Shown here: positions 43,996 to 53,946 of the stretch, one piece after another
Numbering within the stretch: position 1 is the stretch's first letter
How the letters are laid out: each line of letters starts with the position of its first letter
Assembly: GCA_963848135.1 (NCBI GenBank)
Contig: CAWKCK010000017.1
Span: 1,344,538 to 1,408,537, forward strand
Reading direction: 5' to 3'
Length of the DNA stretch: 64,000 bases
Origin: an uncultured delta proteobacterium
Lineage (GTDB): Bacteria > Desulfobacterota > Desulfobacteria > Desulfobacterales > SG8-13
Notes under the pieces: generated by a model
The model's database searches: none
What the model was told of the DNA's origin: nothing
Seen by the model: only the letters and a program-made list of their open reading frames with translations
Position numbers and translations under genes: made by a program

Positions 43996-44511
43996 ATGGC
44001 AGACCGATCTGGTCTCGTTACTGTCGGTGGAAAACCGGTTACACTGGTTGGTCAGGAATTGAAAGTCGGCGATGTTGCGCCGGATGTCACGGTCCTGGGC
44101 AATGAAATGGAAGAGGTTCGACTTTCGTCATATCGGGGTAAGGTTTGCGTGATTAGTGCCGTGGGTTCTCTCGACACGCCCACCTGCGACGTGGAAACCC
44201 GGCGGTTCAACGCCGAGGCCGGCAAACTGGGTGATGACGTTATCATTCTGACTATAAGCATGGATCTGCCCTTTGCACAGAAGCGCTGGTGCGGGGCGGC
44301 AGGCATCGATAAAGTGGTCACGTTGTCCGACCATCGTGATGCAGCGTTCGGCACTGCTTACGGTATCCTTGTAAAGGAGTCGCGCCTGCTGGCACGGATC
44401 ATTTTCGTGGTCGATAGAGAGGGAATCGTGCGCTATGTACAGCTGGTGAAAGAGCTTGCCGATGAACCCGACTACGATGCCGTCATCGCAGCTGTACAAA
44501 AAGTCGTGTAA
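43996..44511 (+). CDS. tpx: Thiol peroxidase (atypical 2-Cys peroxiredoxin)
   Basis: SLDTPTC, ISMDLPFAQKRWCG, EPDYDA; GGAGG RBS. Confidence 0.93.
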   Translation: MADRSGLVTVGGKPVTLVGQELKVGDVAPDVTVLGNEMEEVRLSSYRGKVCVISAVGSLDTPTCDVETRRFNAEAGKLGDDVIILTISMDLPFAQKRWCGAAGIDKVVTLSDHRDAAFGTAYGILVKESRLLARIIFVVDREGIVRYVQLVKELADEPDYDAVIAAVQKVV

Positions 44512-44611
44512 CCATGGCGTCGTACGGCCGATATCGTGATAATGCGGGGAAAATCCATTTGCCGACGGGTCATTGAATCACCAACGCCCGTGTTGATTCA
44601 ACGACCGGTAT

Positions 44612-45034
44612 TTATCCCGGAAATTTGATGGTAACCATCTCTGCCCCATCTTTCTGCTTGAGCTTGACTTTCAGATCGATGCTGCTTTCCCGCATTCCCA
44701 GAGCCAGGTCTGTCTTTCCCTTGTCGCCTTCAATGTGCGTCGCTTCCCTGACGGCTTCGAAGACTTTTTGTCCCACTTCACTACCCGGTGTTGGCAGCTC
44801 GGTGAGCCTGTATTCGGCCTGGACTGTCACCTTTCCGTCGCTGCTGCGATGGATGGAGATCTTTTCCGCATTGTTGTTAACGCCATGCAGGGCCGCAAGA
44901 GCCAACCACTTCACGGCCGCCTGGTCTTTGTCGGCGTCGTTTTTAAGAATCGACATCTCCCGCAAGGGGTCTGTCGTTGAATAACAATCACACATTTCTT
45001 GGATCTTTTTATGAACACTACCGCTGTCTTTCAT
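44612..45034 (-). CDS. Hypothetical protein
   Basis: 140-aa ORF with AAGGAGG RBS; CDC motif near N-terminus. Confidence 0.75.
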   Translation of the reverse strand: MKDSGSVHKKIQEMCDCYSTTDPLREMSILKNDADKDQAAVKWLALAALHGVNNNAEKISIHRSSDGKVTVQAEYRLTELPTPGSEVGQKVFEAVREATHIEGDKGKTDLALGMRESSIDLKVKLKQKDGAEMVTIKFPG

Positions 45035-45396
45035 TGTCTGCCTCCTTTTATTATCCGAAAAATAAAAAAATATAACTTCTCGTTTTGCCAATAGTTTAAA
45101 CACTAATTCGGTGAATGCAAGACACCTTCGACCGAATCACCGAACGGTTTAAAATCGCAAACGGGTTGCTGTCAATATGACCGCAACAGGGATGAAAGTC
45201 GAATCCCAGAAGTGGTTTCGAATTTAGCCCTTGAGCTTTTGCCTCGATAATGGCATTTTGTCTTTAGAAGGTATTAAAATTGCGGTTCAAATCGGAATGC
45301 ATAGCTTTTGAACCGGGCAAAGCGTTCTTTTAAATTCATTTTCCCGGGAATCCCGCGGTGGTTGAATCCTTTGATTATTATTAAGGGAGATTATTA

Positions 45397-46254
45397 ATGA
45401 GAAGTAAATTAAGTGTCGCTGTTTTTGCCTTGTTCATCCTGTTGTTTTCGTCCCCGGCTTATGTCGCTGAAATCGAGTGGAACGTCATTCAGACGCTGAA
45501 CCTCAAAGTACCGCCGGTTGACATCGCTTTTTCGACATCACGAAACATGATCCTCGTGCTCACGGAACAAGGGGAACTTCAGGTCTTCGAGCCTGATGGT
45601 CAACAGGTGGCCAACTTGGATGTCGGAAAAGGGTTCGATCGACTCTATCACATCCAGGGATCTGATGTGGTTCTGCTCAGCGGTCACGGCAACAAGACCG
45701 CGAAAATCATCGAGCTGAGTTTCATCGAGCAGATCAACACAACCGGTGCGCCCTTTCTGGGTACGGAAAAGGCACCAGTCGTTATCACCGTGTTCAGTGA
45801 CTTCGAGTGAGTGTACTGCAAGAGACTCGGGTCTCTACTCGACCAGGTGGTCGAAAAATATCCCCAAAAAGTAAAAGTCGCCTACAAGAACTTCCCGGTG
45901 AGATCCCACAAATATGCTGAAACGGCCGCCCGTGCCGCACTGGCGGCAGACAAGCAAGGAAAATTCTGGCCGTTTCATGACAAGCTGTTCGAATACTACA
46001 ACCAATTGAATGATGAAAAGGTTCGTGAGATTGCCCGGGAGCTGAAACTGGACCTGGCACAATTTGAAAAAGACTGGAAAGACCCGGGCATCGCGGCCAC
46101 AGTCCAAGCGGACATGGCCGAGGGCAGTCGGATCGGTGTCCGCTCGGTTCCGACGGTCTTCATCAACGGCAAGCAGGTGAAACGACGCACGCTGGATGGC
46201 ATGTCGGAGATGATCGATAAGGAGTTGACCCAACCCTCAGAGGCTAAAAAGTAA
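45397..46254 (+). CDS. Secreted DsbA/thioredoxin-fold selenoprotein with UxxC active site (285 aa)
   Basis: Two abutting in-frame ORFs joined by TGA 45808-45810: GAPFLG..APVVITVFSDFE-U-VYC...KNFP...GKFW.FHD...GVRSVPTVFING. Confidence 0.9.
45821..45836 (+). promoter_or_regulatory. Candidate bacterial SECIS element
   Basis: Perfect AGAGAC-UCGG-GUCUCU hairpin; loop 16 nt after the UGA; extendable by GAGU/ACUC. Confidence 0.65.
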
Positions 46255-46280
46255 ATTGGCTGATAGGTGTGACGCAATGG

Positions 46281-46311
46281 AAAAGCAGCTTCAAATGAAG
46301 CCGCTTTCTTT
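46281..46311 (+). terminator. Intrinsic terminator after the DsbA-like gene
   Basis: AAAGCAGCTTCA-AA-TGAAGCCGCTTTCTTT. Confidence 0.55.
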
Positions 46312-46539
46312 AATGCGTTGTCGTCATAAAACGGCACACATCCATCGGTAACACGTTAAAACAGATGTGTTTGTCTGTTGGTTAATTGAACCATCAGTGA
46401 GTTATCATCGACTGGGAACGGAAGGAATGATCAGCGACTTCAGCACGCAAACTCATGCATAATGAAACCTAAAGAAATAACAGATTTTATAATTATATAA
46501 GGCTATTCAACCCAATTCACCAATTGTAGTTACAACGGA

Positions 46540-46664
46540 CAGTCGGGGTTACTGCTGTTCTTTCCCAAGGCTGCCTAAAGCATTCCTCGCCATGGCGGAA
46601 CTCGCTTTCGCTGCTAATCATTCCCCCCGCTCAGTTAGCATTTACAGGAAAAACTCCCCGACTG
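46540..46664. other. Multi-stem structured intergenic element (candidate ncRNA or palindromic element)
   Basis: Closing stem CAGTCGGGG/CCCCGACTG; inner stems TGCTAA/TTAGCA, GCTTTCGC and TTCC-GCCATGGC-GGAA. Confidence 0.4.
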
Positions 46665-46695
46665 CTGGGTAAACTGACGAAAAAACCAGCCGATT

Positions 46696-48365
46696 TTATG
46701 GTACCCATTCATAGGTATTCGTCACATTGCCGCCTGGGACCAGATCTCCGCTGATCTTCATATTGTCCGTGCCGTCCGGTCTCGATGAATAGAGCTCCTT
46801 GACATTAATCGTATCCTGGTCCGCCCGGTAGGCCAACCGGGAACTGTCTGGCGCCCACTCGAACGAATCGACGTCATCCCCCACTCGGCAAGAGGGACTG
46901 GTGCGACACGGCAGTGTTGACGGTTCCATCCGGAGTAGACGTGTATAGCTCAAAAGATGTCGAGGCCTGCTCGGCGATATATGCGATGCGTCTACTATCC
47001 GGCGCCCAGCCAAAAAAGGGTCCGCTGAATATATCGGTGGCGGAGCCCACCAGCGGTTGGTGTTCCGGAGACCTTGACGAAATCGCCGTTAAGGTTAGGG
47101 GCCGTGGTGTAAAGTTCATCTTTATTGATCTCATCCTGGTTGGCCTGATAGGCAATAAGTGAACTGTCGGGTGCCCAGGCAAACGCCCGCACATCCTCAC
47201 CACCGACAAGCTCATCGCTGACTTTCCGGGGTGATGTTCCCGAAGCATTGTCGGTGTATAGCTCAAAAACCCCGACAGTGTCTTGATCGGCGATATAAGC
47301 GATACGAGAGCTGTCCGGTGCCCACCCAAAATTGCCGACCGTACTGTTGTCAAAAGTCAACTCTGATACCAGAATCGGCGACTGGCTCCCGTCGGCAAAA
47401 ACAGTGAGCAGATCGAACCGCTGATCGAGAAATTGATCGGCCCGATAGGCAATGCGCTGGTCGTTCGGCGCCCACTCGAATCCCGTCACTTCTCCCAGGG
47501 TCTGCAATGTGCCGGAAAGGGACACGGGTGTTGGAAAAACAAATGCCGCATCGGCGACAAACAGCTCGTTTATACCGACAGTGTCAACTTCAGCGGTAAA
47601 TGCAATCAGCGAGATGCCCGGGGACCAGGCATAATCGGAAACAGTGGCAATAATCGAACCTGTTCCGGGGGTGTTGGAGAGTTGATTGTTGTCCTGGTTA
47701 AAGGGGCGGGTAGAAAAAAGATCGAGTTTTGTTGGCGTACCCTGGATGACATTCTGGGTGTATGCGAGAAGCAAACGGCTCGGCGACCAGGCAAAATCTC
47801 TGACTTCTCCATCCGGGTTGGGAAAAACAGAAACTCTGACCGGTGTCCCCCCTGTCGGGGATACTGTGAACAATTCGATATTACCGACCGTGTTGGGAAC
47901 CGGGTTGAACGCCCGAAAAGCGATTGTAGAGCTGTCAAAGGACCAGGCAAAGTCCTCCACTTCGAGAATGTTGGTTGACTGCCGCGACACATTTTCTGGC
48001 GTTCCACCCTCAACGCGGACGACGTAGAGTTCGAATTTTCCGAACACTTGCTGATCCGCCTTATAAGCGACTCGCTGCCCGTCGGGTGAAACGGCAAAGT
48101 CAACCACCTGGCCGCCGTTTACCAGCGTTCCAGATAATTTTTCTACCGTTATGGCGGTACCGTCATCAATCGAGACGTAAAGCTCGGTGGTTGTGGCATC
48201 GTCCTTTTGAGCCAGAAAAACAACCGCGTCGACAATCGTTGTGCCACCGCCGCCACCGTTCGATTCATCCCCATCGCCGCCGCAAGAGATAAGTAAAAGC
48301 AAAGCCAGAGAAAGCAGTCCTGAAGACATCCCGGCAACTCTCTTATTAAGGCACGTCATTTCCAT
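46696..48365 (-). pseudogene. TolB/PD40-like beta-propeller lipoprotein with two +1 frameshifts (pseudogene or sequencing error)
   Basis: Lipobox LLISC; about eight repeats of F.WAPD...IAY.ADQ....ELY across three frames; shifts at C3 47046-47048 and C5 46878-46882. Confidence 0.8.
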
Positions 48366-48784
48366 ATTTTCATCCCTTCGATTTGGTGCGGTCCCTTATC
48401 AGGGTTTTGCAGAGATTATTTGATGCCGTATCGCAAAGTACAATCTCTTTTCAACCACATTACGACAGCCATTCGTATCTACAGCTAGAATACCCGGGCT
48501 CAAGCGAGATTGACGGCCAGGAGCGACCATCCCGGAATTTAAATTTATAATGGTTATTCTAATCATTAAAAACAATAATTGCAAGCGTTTATAAAGTATT
48601 GCAGGCCGCAGTATTTGTATATACGACGGCACCTTTTCTTTTCACGGTAAGAACAAAGGCAACGGCGCCCTGATCCACCGGTAGATACGTGAACTCTCGC
48701 CACTCCCAAACTATGCGTTGATTACAGTCGGTCCTCGCTGTCATTGCATCAGAACAAATCTAAGATAGATGACCGTGTTTCCGT

Positions 48785-48813
48785 TTGACACGCGGCAGCG
48801 GCTCAATTATGTT
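48785..48813 (+). promoter_or_regulatory. Sigma70-type promoter
   Basis: TTGACA-N17-TATGTT upstream of ATG 48854. Confidence 0.55.
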
Positions 48814-48853
48814 TAAGATAGTTCATTTTCCTGCCTACCGATATGAGGTCATC

Positions 48854-49459
48854 ATGAAAAGGTTTCATGGGATAATGGTCGTTTTACTGGTTTTATCGTT
48901 TCCTGCACTCGGCATCGCGGAGATCCCGGATGAAATCGCCGGATTCAAACTCGGCGGAAATATTGCGGAATTTCAGGATCGCATCAAAATGGACACGGCG
49001 TTGCCCCTGCGCTACTCCAACTACATCGAAGAAGTCGAAATTCAGCCTGTGGAGGGATTTAAAAACGGTCTCCTGTGGTTCGGAAAATGCACCGCCCCCG
49101 GGCGTATCGTCAGAATTCGCCTGAAATACGCCGATTCATCGAAAAAATTCTACAACGAACTTCTGAAGCGTTATCGAGGTCGATTCGGGAAGCCGACAGA
49201 ATGGCGCGGCGACCCGTTTCACATCGTTATCTCCTGGAAATGGTCGTTTGTGGATGATCAAAATAACCGCATCAGCATGATCCTGGATCACAATACCCGG
49301 GATGAAGAAGAATCCTACGGCAACACGGTCAAACTGACCATGTGGAACCTCATCGATGAGGAACGCGAGTGTTCTAAAAGAAAAAACGCAGACCGTCCTG
49401 CCCAGCCGCGAAAAAAGGCGTCAACACAGGCGGATTGGGAATTACTTCTGCCCCGTTGA
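48854..49459 (+). CDS. Secreted hypothetical protein
   Basis: GAGG RBS; signal peptide MKRFHGIMVVLLVLSFPALG; WRGDPFH..SWKWSF. Confidence 0.78.
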   Translation: MKRFHGIMVVLLVLSFPALGIAEIPDEIAGFKLGGNIAEFQDRIKMDTALPLRYSNYIEEVEIQPVEGFKNGLLWFGKCTAPGRIVRIRLKYADSSKKFYNELLKRYRGRFGKPTEWRGDPFHIVISWKWSFVDDQNNRISMILDHNTRDEEESYGNTVKLTMWNLIDEERECSKRKNADRPAQPRKKASTQADWELLLPR

Positions 49460-49506
49460 TTCTACGGACGTTACTATTTCGATTGAGATAATTCGTTGGG
49501 TATTAT

Positions 49507-49541
49507 AAAAACGGGGCTGCCCGGAATCCGGACAGCCCCGT
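49507..49541 (-). terminator. Intrinsic terminator for a minus-strand transcript
   Basis: ACGGGGCTG-c-CCGGA-A-TCCGG-a-CAGCCCCGT with the A-run on the left (U-tract on the minus strand). Confidence 0.7.
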
Positions 49542-49544
49542 GAT

Positions 49545-49745
49545 ATGGAACTTTCTGCCTGCTGCTTCGGGGCCGCTAGCCACTCCGCATTCAGTGAAGC
49601 CATCGTCCGCTCAGATCAATCGAATAGGCTAATAGTCAAACAGGTAGAGAGCTCGCTCCGCTTTGCGCGACCCACAGACAGGATTTCCCGCATTTGTACT
49701 TCAGCTTCGGCTCTGTCGGACTTCAGAAATCAACTCCGGTCAATA
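49545..49745 (-). ncRNA. Candidate structured non-coding RNA
   Basis: Long irregular hairpin 49548-49654 plus smaller hairpins, ending immediately before a minus-strand terminator; no credible CDS. Confidence 0.4.
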
Positions 49746-50154
49746 GTATTGTCCGGTTGATTGCGGAAAACCAGGTTCCATATTATCAACGCCCTTTTCG
49801 CCAACCGCCCACAACGGTGTTGAAAACCACCAAGTGGCGCATCAATCCAAAGCAAAATCCGGACCATCTTTTCGTATTATATTTATAATAAATATTTTCA
49901 GATTGTTATAACAATGGACGATTCGAAATTTGGATACCATCTGACGGGCAGCGGCAGGTAAAATGCCAAATTACGTCAACAGGCGGCGGGAAGACAAACG
50001 ATATGAAGGAAAAAAAATACACTCAATCTCCTTGAATATATGTGGTTTTATCAAATTATGCCGCAATTGAGTCAAATTTGAAGAAAAAATCCTACAGTCA
50101 CGGATTGGCTAGGCCCTTTTTCAACATTCATCAAACATATGACCAACCCGATAA

Positions 50155-50312
50155 TTATCGGTTCACAGGGCTGCAATGTCTAATGTACCTCAGGCCACAG
50201 AATTGTAAGCGTTTACAGGGTGCCGCAGATGCAAGGCGTCGGGCGCGCAGACGTACTTTTGTACTTCAAGTGCCCGACAACAAAGCAGATGCGGTGCCCT
50301 GTGAATGCTTAC
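50155..50312. mobile_element. MITE-like non-autonomous element, copy 2
   Basis: Direct repeat CCCGATAA at 50147-50154 and 50313-50320; about 16 substitutions plus a 2-nt indel versus copy 1 by manual alignment. Confidence 0.85.
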
Positions 50313-50359
50313 CCCGATAATTATTATCAACATCGATAATCACCGACGATTAGGCCGAA

Positions 50360-52528
50360 TCAGGCGCCCATAACTTCACCGATGCTGCCGGACAACTGCA
50401 TCAGGCTGAAAGGTTTTCTTAAAAAATTACCGGTTTCGGCTGTTAAGTCTTCTTTCAAATATTGAGCCGGAAGGTCTTTGCCGGTCATCATGAACTTCAC
50501 TGCCGGATCGATCATCTTCATATTGGACAAGATCTTACTGCCGACCACCTGCGGTATATCCGCGTCGAGGATCACCAGACAAATGTCGTCCAATTTCAAC
50601 TGGAATACTTCAAGTGCGCGCAAGCCGCTATCGGCCTTTAGCACACTGTAGCCCAGTTTTTTCAACATCTGCTCCAACACATCGAGTACGGCGGAGTCAT
50701 CACCGACGGTCAACACGGTTTCCCTCTTGGCGGGTTTGGCCCTTGTATACGCCTTATGCTCCACCAGCCTTGTTTTCATTGCAGGTAGAAATACACTGAA
50801 GTTCGAGCCTTTCCCTTTGGTACTTTGAACGGTGATAAACCCATTGTGGTTCTTTACGATACCGTAGGCCGAAGCAAGCCCTAAACCGGTTCCCTTCTGC
50901 GGGCCCATTTTTTTGGTTGTGAAAAACGGTTCGAACACGCGCTCCATTGTAGCTTTATCCATGCCAATGCCGGTGTCAAGGATTGACAACTTGACGTATT
51001 TTCCTGGCTTATACTTCTGGTTTTTCAGAGAATTCTTGTCCAAGACGAGGTTTTGCGTCCGAATATGCAGCCCCCCCCCATCGGGCATGGCATGAAGGGC
51101 GTTAACGACGATGTTCATGATGATCTGTTTTATCTTGACAGGATCGACCTCGATTGGCCATAGGTTCTCTTCATATTTCGTATGGACATGGATATTCTGC
51201 CTTGTCTTTTCAAAAGTCTGGATCTGCTCCTGGGTAAGTTCGTTCAGGTCGGCCACCTCCATCCCCACAGTTCCACCCTTGGCGAATCCGAGCAGTTTTC
51301 CTGTCAACTCATTGGCATTGTTGATATAATTCTCAATTGACAAGAGATGGTTGAAATAGGGGTGCACGTATTCTGAGTTCGAAAGCATAATCGACACGTG
51401 GCCTTGAATTCCCATGAGAATGTTGTTGAAATCGTGGGCAATTCCACCAGCCAATGTTCCCACGGCCTCCATTTTCTGGGCCCGATAGAGGCGATATTCA
51501 AGCAGTCTTTTCTCCTGTTCGGCGCGCTTGAGTTCGCTGACGTCATGCACGACGACGGTGGCCGATTTGGGTTTACCGAATTCGTAATGTTTCCTGTCAT
51601 TGATCACAGCCCAGAAGACTTTGCCCTCCTTGTTCCGAATTTTGAACTCGGCTGATTCTGACAGTTCCGTACCCCTATAAATCTTGGTCAATCGCTCGAA
51701 AAACAGGCTCCGGCTGTCCTCGGTAAAAATCTCGTAACTTTTCATGCCCAGCAATTCCTCACGGGTATAACCGGTCAGATTGCAGATGAGATCATTGGCC
51801 CGGACGAACCTGCCGGTCCGTAGATCGACCTCGTAAATACCAGCCGGTGCATATTTAACCAACTGGCGGTAGCGCTCTTCACTTGTTCGCAGAGATTCCT
51901 CGGCCTGCTTTCGGATCGTAATGTCCTCGATCACACCGTCGATCCAGATGAGGCGCCCATTGTCATCCGATTTCACAGCGGCGGAGCACGACACCCAAAA
52001 AGACTTTCCACTGCGTTTTCGCATCATGAGCTCCCGCCCGCTGATGTGCCCCTGGTTAATAATGTCGGCGATAAAGTCCTTCATTTCCAACGGATTCAAA
52101 TAGAGGTCAGGTATTCTGGTGTTCATGAAATCGTCGACGGAGCGGTATCCAAAAATTCTGGCCGCAGCCGGATTGGCGCGGACGATACGGCCAGCGGGAT
52201 CAATGGTACATCGAAAAACACCCGCTGTTAAATTTTCGATGAATTCGCGGTGGTCATCTTCGCTCTTCAACAGGGCGTCGCGGGTTTTTTTGAGCTTGTT
52301 AATCGTCGTTTGTGCATGGGCGCCGAAGATCAGCAGAATGCACAACACGATGACCCGGGTGTAAATTTCATAAAGGTCCGGGCCGAAAATCTCGGCCACG
52401 ATGTTGTATCTGTTGGAAAAAAATATATTGAGTATGGAGTCGAGAACCCAATATATAATGGCAATGGGAATCCCGGCCAAAATCATCGAATCCATACCTC
52501 TCGCGTTTTTTTGCGCGTCTTTCTTCAT
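50360..52528 (-). CDS. Hybrid sensor histidine kinase (two PAS domains + receiver)
   Basis: Two TMs, two PAS, AHDFNNIL, DTGIGM, FEPFFTTK, GTGLGL; receiver VGDD/ILD/KPF. Confidence 0.92.
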   Translation of the reverse strand: MKKDAQKNARGMDSMILAGIPIAIIYWVLDSILNIFFSNRYNIVAEIFGPDLYEIYTRVIVLCILLIFGAHAQTTINKLKKTRDALLKSEDDHREFIENLTAGVFRCTIDPAGRIVRANPAAARIFGYRSVDDFMNTRIPDLYLNPLEMKDFIADIINQGHISGRELMMRKRSGKSFWVSCSAAVKSDDNGRLIWIDGVIEDITIRKQAEESLRTSEERYRQLVKYAPAGIYEVDLRTGRFVRANDLICNLTGYTREELLGMKSYEIFTEDSRSLFFERLTKIYRGTELSESAEFKIRNKEGKVFWAVINDRKHYEFGKPKSATVVVHDVSELKRAEQEKRLLEYRLYRAQKMEAVGTLAGGIAHDFNNILMGIQGHVSIMLSNSEYVHPYFNHLLSIENYINNANELTGKLLGFAKGGTVGMEVADLNELTQEQIQTFEKTRQNIHVHTKYEENLWPIEVDPVKIKQIIMNIVVNALHAMPDGGGLHIRTQNLVLDKNSLKNQKYKPGKYVKLSILDTGIGMDKATMERVFEPFFTTKKMGPQKGTGLGLASAYGIVKNHNGFITVQSTKGKGSNFSVFLPAMKTRLVEHKAYTRAKPAKRETVLTVGDDSAVLDVLEQMLKKLGYSVLKADSGLRALEVFQLKLDDICLVILDADIPQVVGSKILSNMKMIDPAVKFMMTGKDLPAQYLKEDLTAETGNFLRKPFSLMQLSGSIGEVMGA

Positions 52529-52647
52529 TCCCTAATCCTTGCCTAAGAATTAAACACAATACAATTCAAGCGAAAATGCCCGCCGACAGCCTCGGGGCAT
52601 CAATACCGAGCCGTTAACATTTTAGGAATCCGCCCGAGAAATTAAAG

Positions 52648-52663
52648 TGCAATAACCATTCCA
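52648..52663 (-). promoter_or_regulatory. Sigma54 (-24/-12) promoter candidate for the hybrid kinase
   Basis: Minus strand TGGAATGGTTATTGCA, GG-N10-GC. Confidence 0.55.
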
Positions 52664-52729
52664 AAAATCCAGTGACGCTGTCGCGTTTCGAAATCTACTT
52701 TTGAATAGGGGAATAATCTTGGATGGTCA

Positions 52730-53920
52730 CTAGTTCGTCATCAGGTGGGCAACGGCCTTCTCGAGACCGTCGATGGACAATTCGAACATGGGAAAGATCT
52801 GCTCGATGACTTTAACTGTTTGGGTGTAGGACCACATGTCTTCAGTCATGGGATTAAGCCAAACCGAATGAGGAAATGTCTTGGTCAGAAATTTGAGGCA
52901 CTCGATACTCGGTGTTCCACTGCGCTCCTCAATGTGGATCGAGCCATCGGCGACCATTAACTCATAGGGTGCCATGCTGGCATCACCGACAACGAAAAGC
53001 CTGGTCTGGGGGTCTTCAGCGGCAAATTCCTCGATCCGTTTCGGTTTGCGGAACCTGGCCGAGTCTTCCCAAAGAGTGCTGTAGACCGTGTTGTGAAAGA
53101 AATAGGTCTTCAGATCCTTGAACTGCGAGCGGGCATAATCGAATATCGTCTGCACAACGGAAATATAGGGATCCATGGAATACCCGCCGTTGTCGATGGC
53201 CAAAATGATTTTGAGCCGATCCTTCAGACTGCGTTCAAAGACTATTTCAATCTCCCCGCCGTTCTTCATGGTCTGGTAGAGCGTCGCATCGATATCGAGC
53301 ATGTCCTTGGGGCCCACCGGAACCAGATTGCGCAACCGCTTCAGGGCCTCGCCCACCATCGGTCGCGTCAGCGGCCCACTGAGGGAATAATCCCTGTAAC
53401 GCCGATCCATAGCGACCTTAACGGCCGACTTGTTACGGGATACACCGCCGACGCGCATTCCCCCCGGGTGGACACCCGAATGTCCCACGGGTGAGGTCCC
53501 GCCGGTTCCGATCCATCGGCTGCCACCGTGATGTTCGCCGGTCTGATCTTTGAGACGCGCTTTGAAATATTCGATCAATTCATCCGGACTCAAGCGGCTC
53601 AGTTCCGATTCGTCGATACCCAGGGCCTCGGCCAGCGCGCGGGGATCCTTGAGCCAGTGTTCCAGCATGTTTCTGGCGATATCATCCAACTCGACGCCGG
53701 TGTAATCCGGCAGTTCAGCTCCCTGAAAGTGATGGGCAAACGCCTGGTCGTAGAGGTCGAAGTATCTCTCGCTTTTAACGAGGATTGTACGGGACGCCGT
53801 GTAAAAATCATTTAGGGAGTTCACCAGATCGGATTGCAAAGCCCGGTGAAGGGTTAGAAAGGACGTCGGGCTAACAGGAATCCCGATATCTTTGAGTGTA
53901 TAGAAAAAATCAACAAACAT
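52730..53920 (-). CDS. VWA-domain (CoxE-like) protein, partner of MoxR ATPase
   Basis: HHGGSRWIGTGGTSP, MIDAS-like IDNGGYSM, YFFHN, VGDASMAPYEL, WLNP. Confidence 0.85.
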   Translation of the reverse strand: MFVDFFYTLKDIGIPVSPTSFLTLHRALQSDLVNSLNDFYTASRTILVKSERYFDLYDQAFAHHFQGAELPDYTGVELDDIARNMLEHWLKDPRALAEALGIDESELSRLSPDELIEYFKARLKDQTGEHHGGSRWIGTGGTSPVGHSGVHPGGMRVGGVSRNKSAVKVAMDRRYRDYSLSGPLTRPMVGEALKRLRNLVPVGPKDMLDIDATLYQTMKNGGEIEIVFERSLKDRLKIILAIDNGGYSMDPYISVVQTIFDYARSQFKDLKTYFFHNTVYSTLWEDSARFRKPKRIEEFAAEDPQTRLFVVGDASMAPYELMVADGSIHIEERSGTPSIECLKFLTKTFPHSVWLNPMTEDMWSYTQTVKVIEQIFPMFELSIDGLEKAVAHLMTN

Positions 53921-53946
53921 AGGGACAATCCTGGCTTAGGAAAATA

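Noticed and set aside
46874..46876. TGA ending the middle ORF of the propeller gene as possible Sec
   Set aside because: The repeat pattern continues in a different frame (GDDVDSFEWAPD), so it is a frameshift and not read-through.
49545..49760. 71-aa plus-strand ORF MELSACC..., and a minus-strand ORF from ATG 49693 with an in-frame TGA
   Set aside because: No clear RBS, recognisable domain or redox motif around the TGA; the region is better explained as structured RNA plus terminator.
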